From positions 26,762 through 90,761 of the forward strand of contig JALHND010000001.1 of NCBI GenBank assembly GCA_022843705.1: 64,000 nt of DNA. The letters run 5' to 3'. Source of the stretch: Burkholderiales bacterium (GTDB lineage Bacteria; Pseudomonadota; Gammaproteobacteria; Burkholderiales; SG8-41). Position numbers and translations under genes: made by a program. The notes under the pieces are model-generated. The model was not told the DNA's origin. It was given only the letters and a program-made list of their open reading frames with translations, and did no database searches. This document shows, piece by piece, positions 60,339 through 64,000 of the stretch (position 1 is its first letter; each line of letters opens with the position of its first letter).

Positions 60339-60953
60339 TCAGCGCGCCTGGCGGCGCCGCACCACCTCCAGCAGGCAATTCAGGTGCTGGTCGTGCACGC
60401 CCAGCGCATCGAGATGACGCAGCGTGTTGACCAGGTAGTCGACATTCGGTCCGCGTTCGCCGCAGCAGTCGGAAATGATGGCGGCGCAGGACTCCAGCGC
60501 CAGCCGCCCTGCGTAACCCTTGTGGCTGCGGTTCGCGAGAAACGCCAGCGCGGGCCGGCGGCGGGCGGCGACGGTCACCGGCAGCATCCGCGGCACATAC
60601 ACGCCGCGGCGCATTTCCCTCTGCCACAGGGCTTCCAGCGCGTCCCCCACTTCGGCGGCCGCAATACGGTAAACCATGCCCCTGCAGGCACCTCCGGGGT
60701 CCAGCCCCAGCACCAGGCCCGGCTTGTCCACGGTGCCGCGGTAACGGCTGGAGTAAATGCAGAACGAACGGTGATAGCCACGCAGCAGCGCAGGCTGCGC
60801 CTCGATGTGGCGGAAACCCGGATCCCACATCAGCGAACCGTAGGTGAACACCCACAGATCACCGCGCGGAAGGTCCAGCCGGCTGTAATGAAGGGGATCC
60901 GCCGCCGAAGCGGCGGACACGCCGCGGGACGCTTGCAGCGGCTTCGCTCTCAA
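60339..60953 (-). CDS. ChaC-family gamma-glutamylcyclotransferase-like protein
   Basis: [14 protein letters not shown]...RGYHRSFC...[13 protein letters not shown] are ChaC hallmarks. There is no in-frame ATG upstream of the conserved core. Candidate starts are TTG at 60953 (overlapping the pyrC stop) or GTG at 60920. Confidence 0.75.
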   Translation of the reverse strand: MRAKPLQASRGVSAASAADPLHYSRLDLPRGDLWVFTYGSLMWDPGFRHIEAQPALLRGYHRSFCIYSSRYRGTVDKPGLVLGLDPGGACRGMVYRIAAAEVGDALEALWQREMRRGVYVPRMLPVTVAARRRPALAFLANRSHKGYAGRLALESCAAIISDCCGERGPNVDYLVNTLRHLDALGVHDQHLNCLLEVVRRRQAR

Positions 60954-61987
60954 GTGCCGGCAATCCTCCACTGTACCGCGCCGCCGGCACGCATCGGCAC
61001 CAGCGTATCGGCGCCGAAGGGCACGCTGGCCGGCACCTCCCACGGCTGTTGCTGCAGCGTGATCTTTTCGCTGTTGCGCGGCAGTCCGTAGAAGTCCGCA
61101 CCGGAATGGGCGGCAAAGGCTTCCAGCCGGTCAAGCGCCCCGGCGGCGGCAAACACTTCCGCATAAAGCTCGATGCCCGCATGAGCGGTGTACATGCCCG
61201 CGCAACCGCAGTCGTTCTCCTTGGTATGCCGTGCATGCGGCGCGCTGTCGGTGCCAAGGAAAAATTTCGGATTGCCGCTGGTCGCCGCAGCGACCAGCGC
61301 CTCGCGGTGAATCTCGCGCTTGAGGATCGGCAGGCAGTAGTTGTGCGGGCGCACGCCGCCGGTGAACAGCGCATTGCGGTTGAGCAGCAGGTGCTGCGGC
61401 GTCAGTGTCGCCGCCACCCGTTGCGGCGCGGCAGTCACGAAAGCCGCCGCCTCGCGCGTGGTGATGTGCTCCATCACCACCTTAAGTCCCTGGAAACGCT
61501 CCACCAGCGGCGCCAGCGTGCGCTCGATGAACACACGCTCGCGGTCGAACACGTCGATATCGGCATCGGTGACCTCGCCATGCACCAGCAGCGGCATGCC
61601 GGCCTTTTCCATCGCCTCCAGCACCGGAAAACATTTCTCCAGCGCGGTTACACCGGAGTCGGAATTGGTGGTGGCGCCCGCCGGATAATATTTCACCGCA
61701 TGCACCGCGCCGCTTTGCCGGGCACGGATGATTTCGTCGGGCGGCGTGTTGTCGGTCAGGTACAGGGTCATCAGCGGTTCAAAACGGCTGCCCGGCGGCA
61801 ATGCACCGCGGATGCGTTCGCGGTACGCAAGCGCCAGTCCGGTGGTCGTCACCGGCGGTTTCAGGTTGGGCATCACGATGGCGCGGGCAAAACGTGCGGC
61901 AGTATGCGGCAGCACATCGCGCATCGCCGCGCCGTCGCGCAGATGCAGGTGCCAGTCGTCGGGACGGGTGATGGTGATTGTTTTCAT
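60950..61987 (-). CDS. pyrC: dihydroorotase (homodimeric type)
   Basis: 345 aa with [14 protein letters not shown]..., MPNLKPPV and FLGTDSAPH. Confidence 0.93.
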   Translation of the reverse strand: MKTITITRPDDWHLHLRDGAAMRDVLPHTAARFARAIVMPNLKPPVTTTGLALAYRERIRGALPPGSRFEPLMTLYLTDNTPPDEIIRARQSGAVHAVKYYPAGATTNSDSGVTALEKCFPVLEAMEKAGMPLLVHGEVTDADIDVFDRERVFIERTLAPLVERFQGLKVVMEHITTREAAAFVTAAPQRVAATLTPQHLLLNRNALFTGGVRPHNYCLPILKREIHREALVAAATSGNPKFFLGTDSAPHARHTKENDCGCAGMYTAHAGIELYAEVFAAAGALDRLEAFAAHSGADFYGLPRNSEKITLQQQPWEVPASVPFGADTLVPMRAGGAVQWRIAGT

Positions 61988-62036
61988 GTCGGAAGTGATG
62001 GTAATCGCTGCGCCGCCGGGCGTAAATTGCCGCAGA

Positions 62037-62939
62037 TCAATTTTCCCCTTTCAGCTTCAGCGCCAGGCCGTAGAGTTCGTTGCGGTTGCCGCCGGTCAGT
62101 TTCACCGCCAGCGCCACCGCCTGCTTCAGCGGCAATTCGCCGAGCAGTATTTTCAGGACATCTTCAGCGCCGGCCGACGCTTCCTGCACGGCCTCCGGGG
62201 CGCCCTCGACGACCAGCACGAATTCCCCGCGCCGGCGATGATCGTCGCCCTGCAGCCACTCGCCGGCCGCCTCGAGCCGGCAACGGTGCAGCGTTTCGTG
62301 GAGTTTGGTCAGTTCGCGGGCAATCAGGACTTCCCGTGCACCGCCGAAAACGGCGCAGAGGTCGGCAATGCAGTCTTCGATGCGGTGCGGCGCCTCGTAG
62401 AACACCAGCAACGCCCGTTCCCCCGCCAGTTCGCCCAGCACCCGGCGCCGCTCGGCGGCACGGGACGGCAGGAAACCGCAGAACAGGAAACGGCTGGCCT
62501 CGAATCCGCTCGCCGACAACGCGGCCGCAGCCGCATTGGCTCCGGGAACCGGTACTACGGCATGCCCTGCAGCACGTGCCGCAGCCACCACCCGGGCACC
62601 CGGATCGGCGATCCCGGGCGTGCCGGCATCACTGACCAGTGCCACCGATTTCCCGCCGGCCAGCAGACCGGCCACCGTTTCCGCAGCGCGGCGCTCGTTG
62701 TGTTCGTGCACGGCGATCAGGCGGCCGGCGACACCATGCCGGTTGAGCAGCCTTGAAGTGACGCGGGTGTCCTCGGCAGCGATGACATCGACGCTGCGCA
62801 GCACCTCCAGCGCCCGCAGCGTGACATCACCGAGATTCCCGATCGGTGTCGCGACTACATATAATGTTCCGGGAAAGGCGGCGTCACCGCTGCCCGCACT
62901 CAAACCTGCTTCAGTTCCCGGATATTGCGGATGATTCAT
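62037..62939 (-). CDS. rsmI: 16S rRNA (cytidine1402-2'-O)-methyltransferase RsmI
   Basis: [36 protein letters not shown] and [12 protein letters not shown]-like motifs. ATG start at 62939; the track uses GTG at 62954. Confidence 0.9.
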   Translation of the reverse strand: MNHPQYPGTEAGLSAGSGDAAFPGTLYVVATPIGNLGDVTLRALEVLRSVDVIAAEDTRVTSRLLNRHGVAGRLIAVHEHNERRAAETVAGLLAGGKSVALVSDAGTPGIADPGARVVAAARAAGHAVVPVPGANAAAAALSASGFEASRFLFCGFLPSRAAERRRVLGELAGERALLVFYEAPHRIEDCIADLCAVFGGAREVLIARELTKLHETLHRCRLEAAGEWLQGDDHRRRGEFVLVVEGAPEAVQEASAGAEDVLKILLGELPLKQAVALAVKLTGGNRNELYGLALKLKGEN

Positions 62940-64000
62940 CGATTGTTGCGACACCCGATCGCCCTGATTTTCAGCTGTCTACTATACGGAGCGGGCACGG
63001 CATTGGCCAGCGAGGCCGCGACGCCGCCGGCTGCCGCAACCACGACGCAGGTGCCGCATATTGCGCTGCTGCTCCCGCTCAATTCCAAGGTCTTTGCGCG
63101 ACACGCCAATGCGGTGCGCGACGGATTCCGGGCAGCGGCGGGCGTCGAAGAACGTCCGTTGCTGCCGGTACGCGAGTACGCGGTATCGGGAGACGTCGGC
63201 GGCAACCTGGAGGGTTTCCGCACCGCGATCGCGGCCGGTGCCCAGGTGGTTGTCGGTCCGCTGACGCGCGATGCCGTCACTGCACTCGCTTTCGGAGAGC
63301 CGGTGCCCGTGCCGACGCTGGCATTGAACATCCCCGATGACGTGGGACGCATGCCGGGCAACCTCTACCTGCTGGGCCTGCAGGTCGAGACCGAAGCGCG
63401 ACAGGTCGCGCGACTGGCCTGGGAAGCCGGTCGCCGCGCAGCGGCCACGATCAGCGGCGGCGGCCCGGTGCAACGCCGCATGCAGGCCGCATTCGCCGCG
63501 GAATTCCAGCGGGCCGGCGGCGCCGTGGCGGTCGACATTCCCTTCGTTTCCGATCCGGGAAAACTGCGTGCCGCGATCCGCGGCCTGAGCGGCATTGACG
63601 CAGTCTTCCTGGCACTGGGTCACGCCGAAGCCCGCAGTGTGCGTCCCTACCTCGGCGCCATGCCGCTGTACGCGACGTCCAGCGTGCATGGCGGCGATCT
63701 CGGGCCCCTCGCCGGGCATGATCTCGCCGGCATTCAATTCGTCGACATGCCCTGGCTGCTCGAACCCGATCATCCGCGGATCTCGGCCTACCCCCGGCCG
63801 AAGACGCCGGCCAGCGCCGAGCTCGACCGCCTGTACGCGCTGGGCATCGACGCCTGGCGCATCGCCAGGCAGTTGCTCGAGGGTGTCCGCGAGATCCGCC
63901 TCAACGGTGTCACCGGCCGGCTGATGCTGGGGGCGGATGGCCTCATCGAACGCGAACTCGTCACCGGACGTTATGCCGACGGCCGCGCCCAGGCCATGCT
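62931..64000 (+). CDS. lpoA: LpoA/LppC-like penicillin-binding protein activator (3' end beyond the window)
   Basis: I translated from the ATG at 62931 by hand and found no stop through 64000 (356 codons). The ORF is absent from the track because it has no stop within the window. Sequence [26 protein letters not shown]... then PHIALLLPLNSKVFARHANAVRDGF...VVVGPLTRDAV...VPTLALN, typical of LpoA. Divergent from rsmI as in E. coli yraL/yraM. Confidence 0.65.
   Translation, partial: MIHRLLRHPIALIFSCLLYGAGTALASEAATPPAAATTTQVPHIALLLPLNSKVFARHANAVRDGFRAAAGVEERPLLPVREYAVSGDVGGNLEGFRTAIAAGAQVVVGPLTRDAVTALAFGEPVPVPTLALNIPDDVGRMPGNLYLLGLQVETEARQVARLAWEAGRRAAATISGGGPVQRRMQAAFAAEFQRAGGAVAVDIPFVSDPGKLRAAIRGLSGIDAVFLALGHAEARSVRPYLGAMPLYATSSVHGGDLGPLAGHDLAGIQFVDMPWLLEPDHPRISAYPRPKTPASAELDRLYALGIDAWRIARQLLEGVREIRLNGVTGRLMLGADGLIERELVTGRYADGRAQAM

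Noticed and set aside
59694-60430. Several 60-165-aa ORFs on both strands between mraZ and the ChaC-like gene
   Set aside because: The region is occupied by RNase P RNA, whose conserved core sequences are found on the minus strand. The ORFs are by-products of the structured GC-rich RNA gene.

Overview
GC-rich (roughly two-thirds G+C by eye) chromosomal segment. Gene content and synteny look betaproteobacterial (Rhodocyclales/Burkholderiales-like); no species call is possible from sequence alone. About 70 genes are supported, and most of the window is conserved core genome. Core blocks: recQ; rpsP-rimM-trmD-rplS; ffh with a ypjD-like gene; pilC-pilD-coaE-zapD-yacG; argJ-secA; and a complete, tightly overlapping dcw cluster (mraZ-rsmH-ftsL-ftsI-murE-murF-mraY-murD-ftsW-murG-murC-murB-ddl-ftsQ-ftsA-ftsZ) followed by lpxC. 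After that come RNase P RNA (rnpB), a chaC-like gene, pyrC, rsmI, and an lpoA-like gene that runs off the 3' edge and is absent from the ORF track. The non-core part is a locus of about 13 kb (7250-20895) with 13 co-directional minus-strand genes facing a divergent GntR regulator. It combines a split SAF/UxaA (SuyAB-like) lyase, a TPP enzyme, a signal-less Cys-type sulfatase, a TtdAB-like Fe-S hydro-lyase, a rearranged four-subunit Sdh/Frd-like complex, two orphan TctC binding proteins and an Ldh2-family dehydrogenase. I do not recognise this combination as a characterised pathway, and it is my best candidate for an undescribed system; a sulfated or sulfonated hydroxy-acid or dicarboxylate substrate is inference only. 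Other points worth a second look: a recurrent AT-rich motif of about 20 bp (two copies match the IHF consensus exactly), an AT-rich patch inside murD, a terminator-like hairpin 14 nt upstream of secA, an rnpB with a P12 expansion of about 100 nt, a REP-like CACAGAG palindrome, and a clear Pmra promoter with three MraZ-type boxes. I saw no rRNA, tRNA, CRISPR array, IS element or prophage. Many long ORFs in the track are antisense shadow ORFs typical of GC-rich DNA and were rejected.
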